A program made the position numbers and the translations under genes. From positions 96,534,001 through 96,598,000 of the forward strand of contig OX597815.1 in assembly GCA_951406725.2 (NCBI GenBank): a DNA stretch of 64,000 nucleotides, written 5' to 3'. A model generated the notes under the pieces. It had not been told where the DNA came from. It searched no databases and saw nothing but the letters and a program-made list of their open reading frames with translations. Positions 39,714-52,365 of this stretch are shown here, piece by piece. The stretch comes from Octopus vulgaris (lineage: Eukaryota). The first letter of the stretch is position 1. Each line of letters begins with the position of its first letter.

Positions 39714-39755
39714 AATTCAAACCGGTTTTCGTCATAATGTGACTTTTCAAGAATT
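39714..39755 (-). ncRNA. Minimal type I hammerhead with the U3-A8 core variant
   Basis: Minus strand: aauuc UUGAAAA guca-cauua-ugac GAAA ACCGGU UU gaauu. Confidence 0.8.
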
Positions 39756-40419
39756 GTAAAGAAAAAAATTTGTTTAAATGTGAGGAGGGGGAAAAACGAA
39801 ATTTACATTCTTTTTTGCAAAAAAATAATAATAAATATATACAGAAATTTAAAAATAGGTACTCCGATACATTGTAAAATCTTTGTGTAACTTCAGTTTA
39901 ATGATTGTTCACGAAAAAATTATCTTGAAGTATTGAGATCCAATGGGATTAAATCCATGTGTTGTTTAATTTAATTTAGGGTGTCTCTTAAGTGGATGGC
40001 AAAACAGGAAGTAGTAGTAGTAGTCCAGTTCCTGTGTTGTGAATAAGGAGAGACAACTCTATGGGTTTTAAGCTCTTCAATTTGTGTTTATCAATTTTTT
40101 GTAATAAACCTTAAATTATAAAATTATCATTTTAGCTTCATTTGCATTATCTTTTTTATATAATTGTTTGCTAACTAACATTCAGATTTTAACACTTTAT
40201 TTATATTATTTTCTAATTATGTAAATTTGCATAAACCAATTTATAATTACATTTCAGATTGTTATGTCATATATAATAAAAATGATAGTAATAATAACAA
40301 CAATAATAATAATGATATTTAAAGAATATAAGTTTTAGCTTGAAGTGATGACTGCATGGTATCCTTATATATTTGTGTTAGTCCATCCATGAAGAATGAG
40401 GTAGAAAAAAGAAGTATGA

Positions 40420-42660
40420 TCAACGAGGAGTCTGCATATTAAGAAGCGTTTTGAATTTTTCAATAAAGAGATTCTCCTTGTTAATTCTCTCCTGTGTCGT
40501 GATCCCGTCTTTACATTGATAGAAGGGGAATATGTAGAATTTGGGATTTTTGTCCTTAGCGCATGAGTCTATGTGGTCACTCAGTGGGATTTGCCGGTAT
40601 TCCGGGAGATTTATTTGTTCTTTATGCACCGCTACTCGTTTACGTAATGGGAGGCTCGTTTGTCCAACATAATTATGTTGGCAACCAGCGCATGTGAGAA
40701 CGTAGATAAGGTTCTCGGAGGAACATGAGAAGTTAGTCTTGATTTTAAACTTCGTTCCTTGTTTGAAGATAAATTCAGAGCCTTCAAGTAGGAAGGGGCA
40801 AGTACCACAGTTTGGGCGTAAACATTTTTTAACTGCTGGGGGTGGATGTGGTGTGTGAAGTTTGGCATTTGTCAAGAGTTTTTTTAAAGATTTGTGTTGC
40901 CTTTTACATTTGAGGATTTTGTGTGTATTTATAATGTTTTTCATTTTTGGGTCTGTTGACAGTAAACTGAGGTTTTGTATGATTGTGGTGCATGCTTCGA
41001 TATTTTTGGGGTTGTAGGTGGAAATGTATGGAAGTATTTTGGGGTTGTGTGTGGTATTAGGTTGGGTGGTTTTAGTGTAATGTTGTCAAGTTCTTTGGCG
41101 CGTTTTATTCCATACTCTATAAGGGTGGAGGGATATTGGCCTTGTAATAGTGTTTTTTTAGGTCTTGAAGGCGTATTTCTCAAGTTTTTGGATCCGAGAC
41201 AATGGTGCATACACTTTTAGCTAAGTTGAAAGGGATATTTGTCTTGGTGTGTTTTGGGTGGCATGAACTAAAGAGGAAGTATTGTTGTGAGTCTGTAGGC
41301 TTTTGGTAGATGTCTGTTATGATTTGGTTCTTAGGTGTTTTTATAATTAGGAGATCAAGGAAAGGGAGATGATGTTTGCTTAATTCCGTAGTGAATTGGA
41401 TGTTGGGATGTATGTTTTGAATTCCAGTATGGTTTTGAATTCCAGAAGTTTTTCATAAGGTTCTTTCCATATGATGAAACAGTCATCCAAATACCTTTTC
41501 CAGTTTTCCATTAGGTAGGTGTGGAAAACATGTCCAAATTTCTGGCGTGATATCTCATAGAGTGATAGTTCGAAGAAACCCATTATGAGGTTCGCAAGGA
41601 CTGGTCCAGCCTTGGTACCCATCGCAATACCACATTTTTGACGGTAGTGTGTGTTGTCGAAGAGGAAATAATTGTTTGTCAGAATGAACTTGAGTGATTC
41701 CGTAATAAAGGTCTTGTGAATGCGGTCAGGGAATGTCTCTGGGTGTTTTTCTAGCCACAAATCAATTGCCTCAATACCATATTCATGTGGGATGTTGGTG
41801 TAGAGGTTGATGGCATCAAAGGATACCAGGAGCGCCTCCACGTTAACTGTTTTCGGGAGGTGTTTGAGCATGTCAAGATCATCCCTAACGAAATTTTGAT
41901 GTGGCTAAGGAAAGATTTCAAAAGGATGTCTAGGAAATTACTCAGGCGATGTGTTTCACAGGAGGTGCCAGACACGATGGGCCTTAAGTTTAGGTCCTGG
42001 ATGTCAGAGGAGAGTTTGCAGGCTTCGGTGATGTATTTGTTTTTATGGATTTTAGGAAGGCCATAAAAAGGCTGGGCTTGCATTTGAAAATGGTGATATA
42101 ATCCCTTTCTTTTCCTGTGAGTCCCTGACCGTGTTGGAGTATGAGTGTGGTGCGGTTTTTGATTGTTTTTTGTTGTTTATAGTTGTTAATAACCTCATAG
42201 AAAGTGCTCTTGTTTAGCATGGAAAGCACTAGGTGTTTATAAAACTCCGTGTCCATAAGGACCACAGCACTCCCTTTATCGGCTTCTTTGATGGTAAGGT
42301 TTTTGTCCAGTTGTAGTACACGTAGGTTTTTCCATTCTTCCCTACTGAAATTAGATTTTACCTTGGTTTTGCCTGGGGTAAAGGGGAGAATCTGGATGTG
42401 TTTGCAAAAATCGTCCAGTGCTTTATTTCTTCCTTTTGATGGTAGGAAGTTGCTTTTATTTCTTATCAATGAATCGTCCCCATTGTTGAGATCTGTCAGA
42501 GCTTCTGTTAAACGAAGTTTTCTGCAGAATTCAGAAACGTCATCCTTGACCTCCGGGGGGTTGGGTGTTCTTGGGGTGGGTGTGAATTTCAAACCTCTTG
42601 CTAGGATGTTGATTTGGGTTGGTGTCAGTGTTTTGCTGGAGAGGTTTATAATTTTCGTTT
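40420..42660 (-). pseudogene. PLE reverse transcriptase and GIY-YIG endonuclease
   Basis: IKEADKGSAVV, FYGLPKIHK, LRPIVS, SFDAINLYTNIP, GIAMGT, RYLDD, PFLDL, a Cys-rich linker CLRPNCGTC, and NLIYVLTC..C...YVGQT...RVAVH. Confidence 0.93.
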
Positions 42661-42726
42661 TCTTATTTTGGGACTGTGTTAGCGGTGGTGTTTGTATTTT
42701 TCTCCTCTGTCTCTCTCTATATATAT

Positions 42727-42728
<2 letters not shown>

Positions 42729-42760
<32 letters not shown>

Positions 42761-45700
42761 CTATTTTCAGCTCATGAGCTGTGGCCATGCTGGGGCACCG
42801 CCATTTGGTGTTGCTACTTGGTTTTACTTCACGAAAGCTTTTTAGCAACTGCCATTTGGTGCATGAGAGAGTTCGATGCAGCTGCCCTCATCTGCACTTC
42901 CTGCCGTGAAGTTGGTTCATCTGGCACACCTGACAGGAAGAGATCCAGTTTCATTTTAAAGACATCTGCATCCACCCCATGCAGGTCTCTCAGGTTCTTC
43001 GGGAGGATATTGAAGAGCTGTGGGCCTCGGAAGCCCAGGCTTTCACAGTATCTTGTCCTACATCTTGATGGCAAATTTGGAGTCCTAGGCACCACGCAGT
43101 GGCGCCCAGTTCTGGCATTTGTGTAACTCTCGATGCCAAAGTTTGGGACACGTCCCTCCAGGATCTTCCAGATGTATATTATGGCATTTCTTTCCCGCCT
43201 ACGCTCCAAGGAATATAGGTTTAATCTCTTGAGTCTTTCCCAGTAGCTTACATTCTGCATAGAGGCTATCTTCTTCGTGTAGCTACGCTGGATCGCCTCG
43301 AGCTCTGTGATCAACTTGACACTGGATGGTGACCATAACTGAGAGCAATAGTCAAAGTGACTTAGGACAAGTGTCCTCCAGAGGACCATCATGGTTTCTT
43401 GTTCTCTTGTTCTAAAGGTTCTGAGAATCCATCCGGCCAGTCGTCTACATTTCATTGCCAATTTAGCAACATGTACAAGAAAGGTCGCGTCCTCACTCAT
43501 GTAAATACCCAGGTCACGCACTGATTGTGCCTCTGGGATTGCTATTCCTCCGGGTCCAGTGTATTCATTGGGTATTGCATTTAGTTTTGCATGCTGATAG
43601 TATAAAGCTTAAAACTTTTCAGCATTGAACTGCATGCTATTCTTTTCAGCCCACTTGTATATTTTGTCCAGCTCACATTGCAGGCGTTTAGTGTCCTCAG
43701 GGTTCTGTATTGCCTGTGAAACTTTTTTATCATCTGCATAACTTGTGATCGTGGCTCTCTGCGTGGCTGAGGGCATGTCTGAGAGGGCCATTATGAACAG
43801 TAGTGGTCCCAGAACAGTGCACTGCGGAACACCGCTCACTATTTGTGTGTTAATGGAAGTGGCCCCATTGGCTACTACCACCTGGCTTCTATCTTTCAGA
43901 AAGTCATGAAGCCATTCTCCCAGTTTTCCAACTATGTTGAGATCACGCAGTTTGTGACATATCACTCCATGATCGACTTTATCAAAGGCCTTTGCAAAGT
44001 CGAGATATATCACTTCCACATTTGAGTGGTTGAGCAGCCGTTTAAGCACCCAGTCATAGTGCTGCAGGAGCTGAGTTAAACAGCTTCTCCCTGGTCGGAA
44101 ACCATGTTGGATGTCGGGCAACAAGTCATTTTCTTCAAGGAAGGTGATCAGTTTCCTTCTGACTATTCGTTCCATGACCTCCTTTATGAATGGGGCATAT
44201 TTTACCTTCCTTCAGTTTTCTTGGAAGTTTGCCAGCTGCAAGGAAGCTCTGAAAGAGGAACTGCAGTGGTCTTGCTAGGACTCTCTTACATGCTTTTAGA
44301 AGGATTGCCGGGAATCCATCGGGGCCAGTAGCTGAGTCTGTTTTCATTTCATCTATAGCCTTTATTACATCGTCTTCCTTTATATCGATGTAATCTATCG
44401 TCGCCGCCTCTGATTTTATATCTGCAGTGGTAAAGAATTCAGTTGGATTGGTGATTTGGAGATGCCCAAGGGGTGGAGTGAAAACACTCTTGAATTGCTC
44501 ATTCAGTATTTCACTTACCCTCATTGGTTTTCCTGTAAGTGTGCCATCCTTTTCAAGGAGTGGCCTTATTCTACAGTGCACCGTAGCTGTTTCTTTGGCA
44601 TACCTGTAGAAAGCTCTGGGGTTAGATTTTATGTTGTCTATAGCCCAGGCTTCTTTGTCTGCTCTTTCCTTTTCATGGGAGAGTTGCAGACATTTTTCAA
44701 TTTCCAACAGTTTTATTTTTAGGCGGGACTTTTCACTGCTTTCAATCTGTTTGTTTAGGCGATTTGAAATTTTTGCACGCCGTCTCATTAAAATTTTCCT
44801 CTCTCTGGGGATTTTGGTCTTGTGTACAGTGGCCTTTCTCTCTGGGACACATTTGTAGCATATGGCTTGCATTACAGACATGAATTGTTGAAGTTTCACG
44901 TCGATGTCTGGCGAGGAGAGACATTTAGGCCAGTTTTGTTTGAGGATCTCTTTCTCAATTTGTTTCCAGTTTGCCTTATGGTAGTTCAAGCTGGAAAGAT
45001 TCTGAGGGTTTCTTGTAGGCTGCATGTCCGTGCTCTCTTTTGGCCCGTACATGGTCAGCTCTACCATGTTGTGATCCGAGAGTAGTGTTGGTGTCACTTT
45101 CACATTATGGATGAGATCCATGTCATTTGTGAAGCAGAGATCCAGTGTGTTACCTGCCCTGGTTGGTTGGAGTATTACTTGCTCCATGTACAGGGTGTTG
45201 ATGAGGTTCAGGAGGGACCTCGCCTGTCCTCGTTCACATCTTGTCATTCCTGGAAGTGAAAGGCCCTCAGGCCATCTGACATTGGGTAGATTGAAGTCTC
45301 CCATGAGAAGTACACTTATGTGTTGTTCTAATGTGATTAGAAATTCTTCTATTTTTATAAGGCAGTCTTCAAACTTGCCTACATGGCTTGGGGCATCTGG
45401 AGGGCGATATGTAGCACACACAGCTACATCGAGGTGCCTTATGTGTACAATTAGTGTGTCACACACCGAGTTTGAGTATGACAAAAGGACCTGGGGTGTG
45501 AGGTCCTCACGGATGTACATAGCAACTCCTCCATGGCTCCTTTCTTTTCTGTCGGTCCGTAGTACAACATACTGTGGTATGTGTAATTCCGCATCTGCTA
45601 TGTCCGGTTTCAGGTGCGTTTCCGTAAGTGCTATGCATAAGGTTTGATTGCATGCGACAAAGTCTCTCAGGATCGGGGATTTTTGTCCTGTTACTGAGTG

Positions 45701-46634
45701 TTTGCAGTCCTCTGATGTTCAGTAGGAGCATCGAGGTGAGGTGTATGTTGTTGCCGGCGGTGTCCATCTTGGGTCTGTTTGCTGTGGTGGTCTTGTATAT
45801 TGTGGGTAGTCCCACCTGTGAGCTTGGGTTTGATGAAGCCAGGACAGCTGCTGTACAATCTTTTGTGACATGCACAAATAAGATTCTTGCTCAGCAGCTG
45901 CCCTTTCAACAACGTCATGTTGGCGGTTTGTGGCACGCACCACATCTGCGTACCTCCGTTTTGGGGCAGGTGGTGCGTGGTCCATCCCTTTTCCTTGTGT
46001 TGATGGTTTGTTTATCTGTTTTCGTTTCGTGTCTCTGTGGCAGGTCCCCGATGTGCAAAGCGGCAGCCTGCACCTTCCTCTCCATGCCAGCAGGTACCTC
46101 TCAGGTAGAACCTACACACCCGTGTGCGCTGTTTGTTTCCATCCCTTGCGGTTCCACTTCTATTCCTGGCTGTTTCACCCTTTAGTCCTGCTTGAGCTTT
46201 TCCTTTAGCTCTTTCAGTCCTTCTTTTAGTTCTTCTTCCCTCTACTTCTTCCCTGGGTTCTCCATCTCCATGGCCCTTGCTGCTGGTAGGAGCATTTGTA
46301 CCTGGGTTCACTTCCCGGGCAGGTTTCTCACTCAAAAGCCCTTCCCGGGTGTCCACCAGGTGGGGGTGACTTCTTTCATCGTCTCCATCCTTGCCATCTT
46401 TGCCCTGCTCGTTCTAAAAAATGGCATCAAGTGTGCCAATGTGCGACCGTACAAGCGCATAGGAGCGTTTGAATTCCTGTTTCTTTCGCTCTATCTGAGC
46501 TACCGTCCTTTTGTAGTTGCCGCTCTTCAGCGCAGCCATAATCACATTGTTTGGGTTTTCTCCGTCGGCGCATTTCCAGACTCGTACGAACAACGCCAGT
46601 TCGTCAGGTCTCCAGGCTCTGGACATGTTGGATA
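42729..46634 (-). mobile_element. Near full-length CR1/L2-group LINE with an (AATC)n tail
   Basis: ORF1 with a CCCH finger (CRFYLRGTCWHGEEGAGCRFAH), ORF2 APE plus RT, and a (GATT)n tail on the plus strand. Confidence 0.9.
42829..45770 (-). pseudogene. LINE ORF2 (APE endonuclease and reverse transcriptase), frameshifted
   Basis: LLNIRGL, ETHL, GDFN, LDL, SDH, then QHGFRPGRSCLTQL, YLDFAKAFDKV, SGVPQ, YADD and LYSLERRR. Confidence 0.92.
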
Positions 46635-46796
46635 ATCTATCTATTTATTTATCTATCTAATTATGTTCAAAATTCAATAGTGTGACAGCGGGCAGAGAAG
46701 AAGCAGAGAAAGAAAGCGACTGTGCACCTAGAGAGATTGAGAGCTGAGAGAAGATAAGAAGATATATATTTATGCGACTATATATTTAGAGAAATT

Positions 46797-47207
46797 GAGA
46801 AGGTGAGAGAGGAAAGATTGTGACAGAGAGAAGTGGAGAAGTGAAGAGACAAGGGAAGATTGAATGGCTGAAAGAAGAGAGATGGTGTGATAGAGAGAAG
46901 TAAAGAGACAGAGGGAGACAGAGAGGTGGGGTTATGAAGCTGCAATAGAAATGAGGGATTAAGAAAATGAAAGATTGTTAAAGAGAGGGAAGATTGAATG
47001 GCTGAAAGAAGAGAGATGAGAAGGTGAGAGAGGAAAGATTGTGACAGAGAGAAGTGGAGAAGTGAAGAGACAAGGGAAGATTGAATGGCTGAAAGAAGAG
47101 AGATGGTGTGATAGAGAGAAGCAAAGAGACAGAGGGAGAAAGAGGGGGGTTATGAAAGCTGCAATAGAAATGAGGGATTAAGAAAATGAAAGATTGTTAA
47201 AGAGAGG
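46797..47207. repeat. Purine-rich direct duplication of about 190 bp (46797-46988 and 47018-47207)
   Basis: gagaaggtgagagaggaaagattgtgacag...gattgttaaagagagg occurs twice. Confidence 0.85.
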
Positions 47208-47987
47208 AGAGAGAGGGGGTTACGACACTGAGATAGAAATGAAAGATTAAGAAAAGTGAGAGATTTGCACAAAAGGAGAGAGATTTTTAATTTTTAACAG
47301 GAAAGCTGAAATAAGAAGTAATTATTAAAGATTGTTGTTAAAGTTCGCGTCTATGCATGTATACGTATACATATACACGTGCACACACACACACACATAT
47401 GCACAAACGGAGAGAAAGTGAGGAAAATATATTAAAATAAACAAACGGAGAGAAAGTGAGGGAAATATATTAAAATATATTAAAGTGTGTTTTAATCCTA
47501 AAGCCAATTTGAGGAGGATAAGGTATAAAAACGAGAAACAGATATTGAGAGAATGTAAACGAAAACGGCCTTCGTAACTTTTAACGGAGTTGCAAGCTTA
47601 AGTTAAGGGAAATAAAATGAGATAATAGATAAAATATGAAATAGAAGATGAAAGTGATACTTATTCCAACGATGTAGTCTGGGTTTTTGTGCTTTACGGA
47701 ATTATTTTCCAGGAGAGATGTTTCTTTTTCCTTCTTACAGGAGATAAATTAATTCAATGAGTGTCCACCATGTGCGTTTTCGGCGAAAAGAAAATTACTG
47801 TATTTGGCTTCAGGCAAAATATATTACGTTTTTGATTAATATATTTTTAACCAATGTGTTGTAAGTGGACTTTATGATTTGAATTTTACGTTTTGTGACT
47901 TTCAGTAGGCTATTTCGTCGATTTATGCAAACTTTTCTGTTTTTTTTTAACAGAGCAAAGGCGAGACACGTCTTTCTCTGGGGGAAC

Positions 47988-48020
<33 letters not shown>

Positions 48021-48024
<4 letters not shown>

Positions 48025-48215
48025 GAAGAGTTCACGAAAAAAAACAAAAGACGAAGACAGGTGGAGTACAAAACAAACAGATGTATTAGTATAATGCTCA
48101 GGAATTGAAAAAGTCTTTTACGTTTCGAGCCTACGCCCTTCTACAGAAAGGTACACAGAAAAAAACAAGGAGAGAAACAAGGTAAAAAGAAGAATGTGTG
48201 TGCAGTCGCTACCGA
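48021..48215 (-). mobile_element. Short TA-flanked repeat with a minimal hammerhead-like motif at 48115-48150
   Basis: Minus strand: cuuu CUGUAGA a gggc-guag-gcuc GAAA CG UA aaag. Homologous to 6724-6895, with a further fragment at 49217-49270. Confidence 0.65.
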
Positions 48216-48870
48216 TGGATCCTAAGAACATTCAAAACCAGAGATAAGGAAACAATGATGATCTTCTTGCGGACATTCGTCCTCAGCCACCTGGATTACT
48301 GCTCACAGCTGTGAAATTAACAGCGGACCTTGAACCAATTCAGAGAAGATTCACAAAGAAGATCGTCTCTTTGCAACAGCTCAGCTACTGGGAAAGGTTG
48401 AAACAGTTAAAACTCTACTCACTGGAGAGAAGACTGGAGAGGATTGCAGTAACATATATCTGGAAGATCCTGGAAGGAATTGTGCCAAATGTTGGCATTG
48501 AAAGCTACACCAATGCCAGAACTGGACGACACTGCATAGTGCCAAAGATTCCAGCAATGCCATCACGCTTCAGAACCAGTTACTGCAACAACCTGGGTTT
48601 CAAGGGCCCACAGCATTTTAATATTCTCCCAAAGAGTCTGAGGACTTGCACAAATTAGATGTAAGTGTTTTTAACTCAAAGCTGTACCTCTTCCTGTCGA
48701 GAGTCCCAGATCAACCTACCTCACGGCAAGAGGTGCAAATGAGGGTCGCTATATCCAAACTTCATTCTTCACCAAATGCCACATATTAGAGGAGGCTCTT
48801 AGTGATAACAGTGTAACACAAAACGGCGGTGCATCAGCATGGCTGCAGCTCTGAAATGAAACTAGAAAAA
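48216..48870 (+). mobile_element. 5'-truncated 3' copy of the same LINE family
   Basis: WILRTF...LSYWERLKQLKLYSLERR...YTNARTGRHCIVP, ending ggcggtgcatcagcatggctgcagc. Confidence 0.9.
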
Positions 48871-49175
48871 AATATATATGTATACGTATGTATGCATATA
48901 AATATGTGTGGATCTACATGTCTATTGAGAACGTACGATCCTTTCGTTTCCTTGGCAGAGAGAACATGACTCTTGAGATAAGCGCGTGAAATGCTTTTGT
49001 GTGTTAACAAATGGAACGGAGCATTGAAAATACACAAAGATGAGAAGAAAATATTCAGATGTCAACATTTGTTGTAAACATTTACACACGGGAGGGAAGA
49101 AACAAATATTGATGTGTTACTATGAATACGCTTATGCAAATATCAGGGAGAATTTAAAAACAGGAAATATTTTCT

Positions 49176-49220
<45 letters not shown>

Positions 49221-49268
49221 AAGGAGAGAAAAAAAGGAGAGAAAAAGGTGTGTAGTGGCTAACGATCT

Positions 49269-49347
<79 letters not shown>

Positions 49348-49381
49348 GTATATATATAATCTATTTATATATATATATTTA

Positions 49382-49418
<37 letters not shown>

Positions 49419-49521
49419 GCATGTGTAAGTATGTGTGCATGTGTGTATGTGTGTATATATATATTAAAATATTCATATACACATATATACATACATACAC
49501 AATCACCCACATATATATGTA

Positions 49522-50900
49522 TTAGCAGAAGTACCCAGTGTTGCATGGTTAAAGACAATAACATAATTTCAAAACGCCTTCGAGATTACGTAATCTCAAC
49601 TGCTAGTAGCTGAGATACCAACTTTCTGCATTAATAACTCTCTAATCCATGCCAGCATGGAACACAGACTTTAAGTGAAATGTTATAAGAAAAATTTTAA
49701 GTCACATATGTATATTGAGCAAATACACGTAATTCCAAAACAAGTTTTGTGTAGCTTATTTTGTAGCCAAATATCAGTGACAGATTATAAACAATGAAAG
49801 GCTAATGTTGATGGTTCATTTGACACAGGTAGTAGACAGCCAATCCTATGCTAAATCTGACCTTGGATCTTGAAAGGTTGCATGAATCCTGACTCAGTTA
49901 AATCTCTTGTTCTCCAAATAATGTCATCCGTAGTGCAACCTTGTGTTGTCTAATTTTTTTGGGGAAACGCTTGGAATCTTGGTCAGTTGATGATAACAGT
50001 TACTTCAATAGCTCTGGAGATTGGGGGCCCGCATGGAGTTTAAACTTTTCCACCACTGCAGCACAGTACACGTGTCTCTCCAGAGCACTTCCTTGCTTTA
50101 CAATGTATGCCCCCAGTTGTCATTTCACCAATGGAAACTCTAGCGTCATCTGTATAATGAACCACTGGATCATAATTGAAAGCTGCTTCAAAGAAGTTGC
50201 TTCGCTGAGTTATTTCAACTGCTCTTCATTATGTAGTGGAGATCCTATTGCTTGTCAGCCGTGCCTACCTCTGTTCATCACTTTGATATACTCTGGTTTT
50301 GTAGTGTACTGTCTGTTCGTTTCTTGGTTTGCTTCCATTTCCGCAGCTGTCTCTCTTTCTCTAGACAGAGACATTATTTTGGCTGATCTTGATTTTGTAG
50401 ACAAATTCGGCACTTTCCTTCTAGGCATGTTTATATACGTATACAGAAATACACGGGTGCAGAAGATAGTAAGCAATGAAAATAACTGGGAAACGAAATT
50501 ATATTTCTTAATACGACGGGCAGTATGTAAGAAATTCTTACGGAAAATAAAGCATTGCATGAGTTGAAGCGAAATTTGTCACTTAGTGAACCAAAGAGCC
50601 AGTATCGAAAGAACCAGAAGAAAAAAGCCGCTAACAACAGAAAACAAAACTAAGTGTACGGCTTTAAGTGCAATTTTTGAAGTTACTTCTGTCAGTAAAT
50701 TACGAACTTACTTTTATCAGTAATTCCGTGAAAAAAAAAAAAGAAATACATAAAACGTTGCAAATGTAAATACGAAATTTGTAGACAAATTTACCGAAGT
50801 GTACGGATTGGAGTGAAATTGATGAAGTTTCTTCGGTCAGTAAATTATGTATGAAATTACTTTCATCAGTAATTGTGAACTTCTTCCTGTCAGTAATGTG
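49522..50900 (-). mobile_element. Helitron-derived element with a Rep/helicase N-terminal fragment
   Basis: IHCKARKCSGETRVLCCSGGKV and LL...DSKRF.KKIRQ (49940-50130) resemble Helitron RepHel N-termini. A possible 3' end lies near 49522-49550. Confidence 0.6.
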
Positions 50901-50924
50901 TCGTTGTTGTTTGTAAATAGAGAT

Positions 50925-51649
50925 TGTAAACTTAAAGATGGCTGTGGATGACTAACCGTTATTTAAAATCGGAAGCGGTCTTAAAGGGCAAGCACTAATA
51001 ACAAACTACATAAAATACAAAATAGACAACACAGCAGAAAGTGTTAGGTGCAGATTCTGTGGAAAAAACGATGAAACCGTATGGCATATTATCAGCCAAT
51101 GTACGCCACTAGCCCAGAGGGAATATGAGATGCCACGACAATATAGCCAGGCTTGTCCATTGATTTTATGATTCAGTGTGAGCATGAGATGGAGAATTAG
51201 AAGCCAGGCATAGTTTTAATTGAGAAAGAAAACAAACTATGCAGGATCATAGATATAGCACGTCCAGCTAACAACAAGGCATGCGATAAGGATATAAGAA
51301 AGAAAAGTTGAGAGATATGACAGAGGTTAGCTTGGGAAGTTAAGCAGTTAGGTTTGATGAAAAAGGTAGCAGTAATACCAATAATTGTCGAAGTCCTAGA
51401 AACAGTGATCAAAAATCTCGAGAAGTACGTGGAATAAATAGGGGCTGCATAAGGTTGGAGCACTTGCAGAAAAGAGCACTGCTTGGAACCGCTCGAATAC
51501 TCCGGAAGGTGCTCGAAAAATGAGAGGTGTTAACTTAGTTTACTGGTAGAGAACAGCTGTCACCGTAGCACATCTCCAGCGTTAGAAGATGTGCAAAGGA
51601 AATGATGATAATAATAATAATAACAACAGCAACAACAACAACAACAATG

Positions 51650-51720
<71 letters not shown>
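50925..51720 (+). mobile_element. R4/Dong-clade LINE 3' end (CCHC plus restriction-like endonuclease) ending in (TAA)n
   Basis: CRFCGKNDETVWHIISQC, HDNIA, KPGIVL...IIDIA, VIPIIV and LLGTARILRKVL. Confidence 0.85.
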
Positions 51721-51721
<1 letters not shown>

Positions 51722-52274
51722 CCCTGATGCAGTACCAGACAGTGGCTCTCATGGCTTCTGATCTTAACTGATTGGAAGTGTTATCATGTACATTGTTTTG
51801 TCTTGGTATAAAAGATGGGCTACAGCAAATATTCTGCTCAATACCACAGATTTGCCTGTCAGTTGTTTGACCTTAACCAGTTGAGCATGTCCCTTATTGG
51901 CTGACGATATGTGCATCTCTGATCACGAGCAGAAGTAGTGGGGGAGCATCATAGCCATGTGTTGAGAGGGATTCTTTGGGGTTTGAATAATTCACCTCTG
52001 GAAACATGGGTGGTTCTTTCAATATCCTTAAACAACCCTTATTCAGGGACCTTTTGAGCGGGATGGGCTACTCAACCTGAAGAAAATTCTAACTGGGCCC
52101 CACCTGCAAGGTCATGTGCTGTTTATCTTGATATGAGATCACCATGTCGCGCACATATGGTTGTGATGCATGTGCCTGGTGTACCTTTATCAGACGGGTA
52201 GTTATGATGGGTATATTGGGCTTCGTATATTTTACCCCAGTGTCACTTTGATGGCATGAACTGCTCTCTCACTC
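51721..52274. mobile_element. 554 bp non-coding insert within (TAA)n, possibly a non-autonomous Dong-type element
   Basis: Sharp boundaries within pure (AAT)n on both sides and higher GC than the flanks. Confidence 0.5.

Positions 52275-52365
<91 letters not shown>

Larger units (their letters stand above)
39606..42718 (-). mobile_element. Penelope-like retroelement (Neptune-like), 5'-truncated and frameshifted, in (TA)n
   Basis: RT and GIY-YIG ORF pieces with a 3' hammerhead. Confidence 0.92.

Noticed and set aside
51721-52110. Possible HDV-like ribozyme at the start of the (TAA)n insert
   Set aside because: Candidate P1 and P2 strands exist but the P3/L3 and P1.1 order could not be satisfied.
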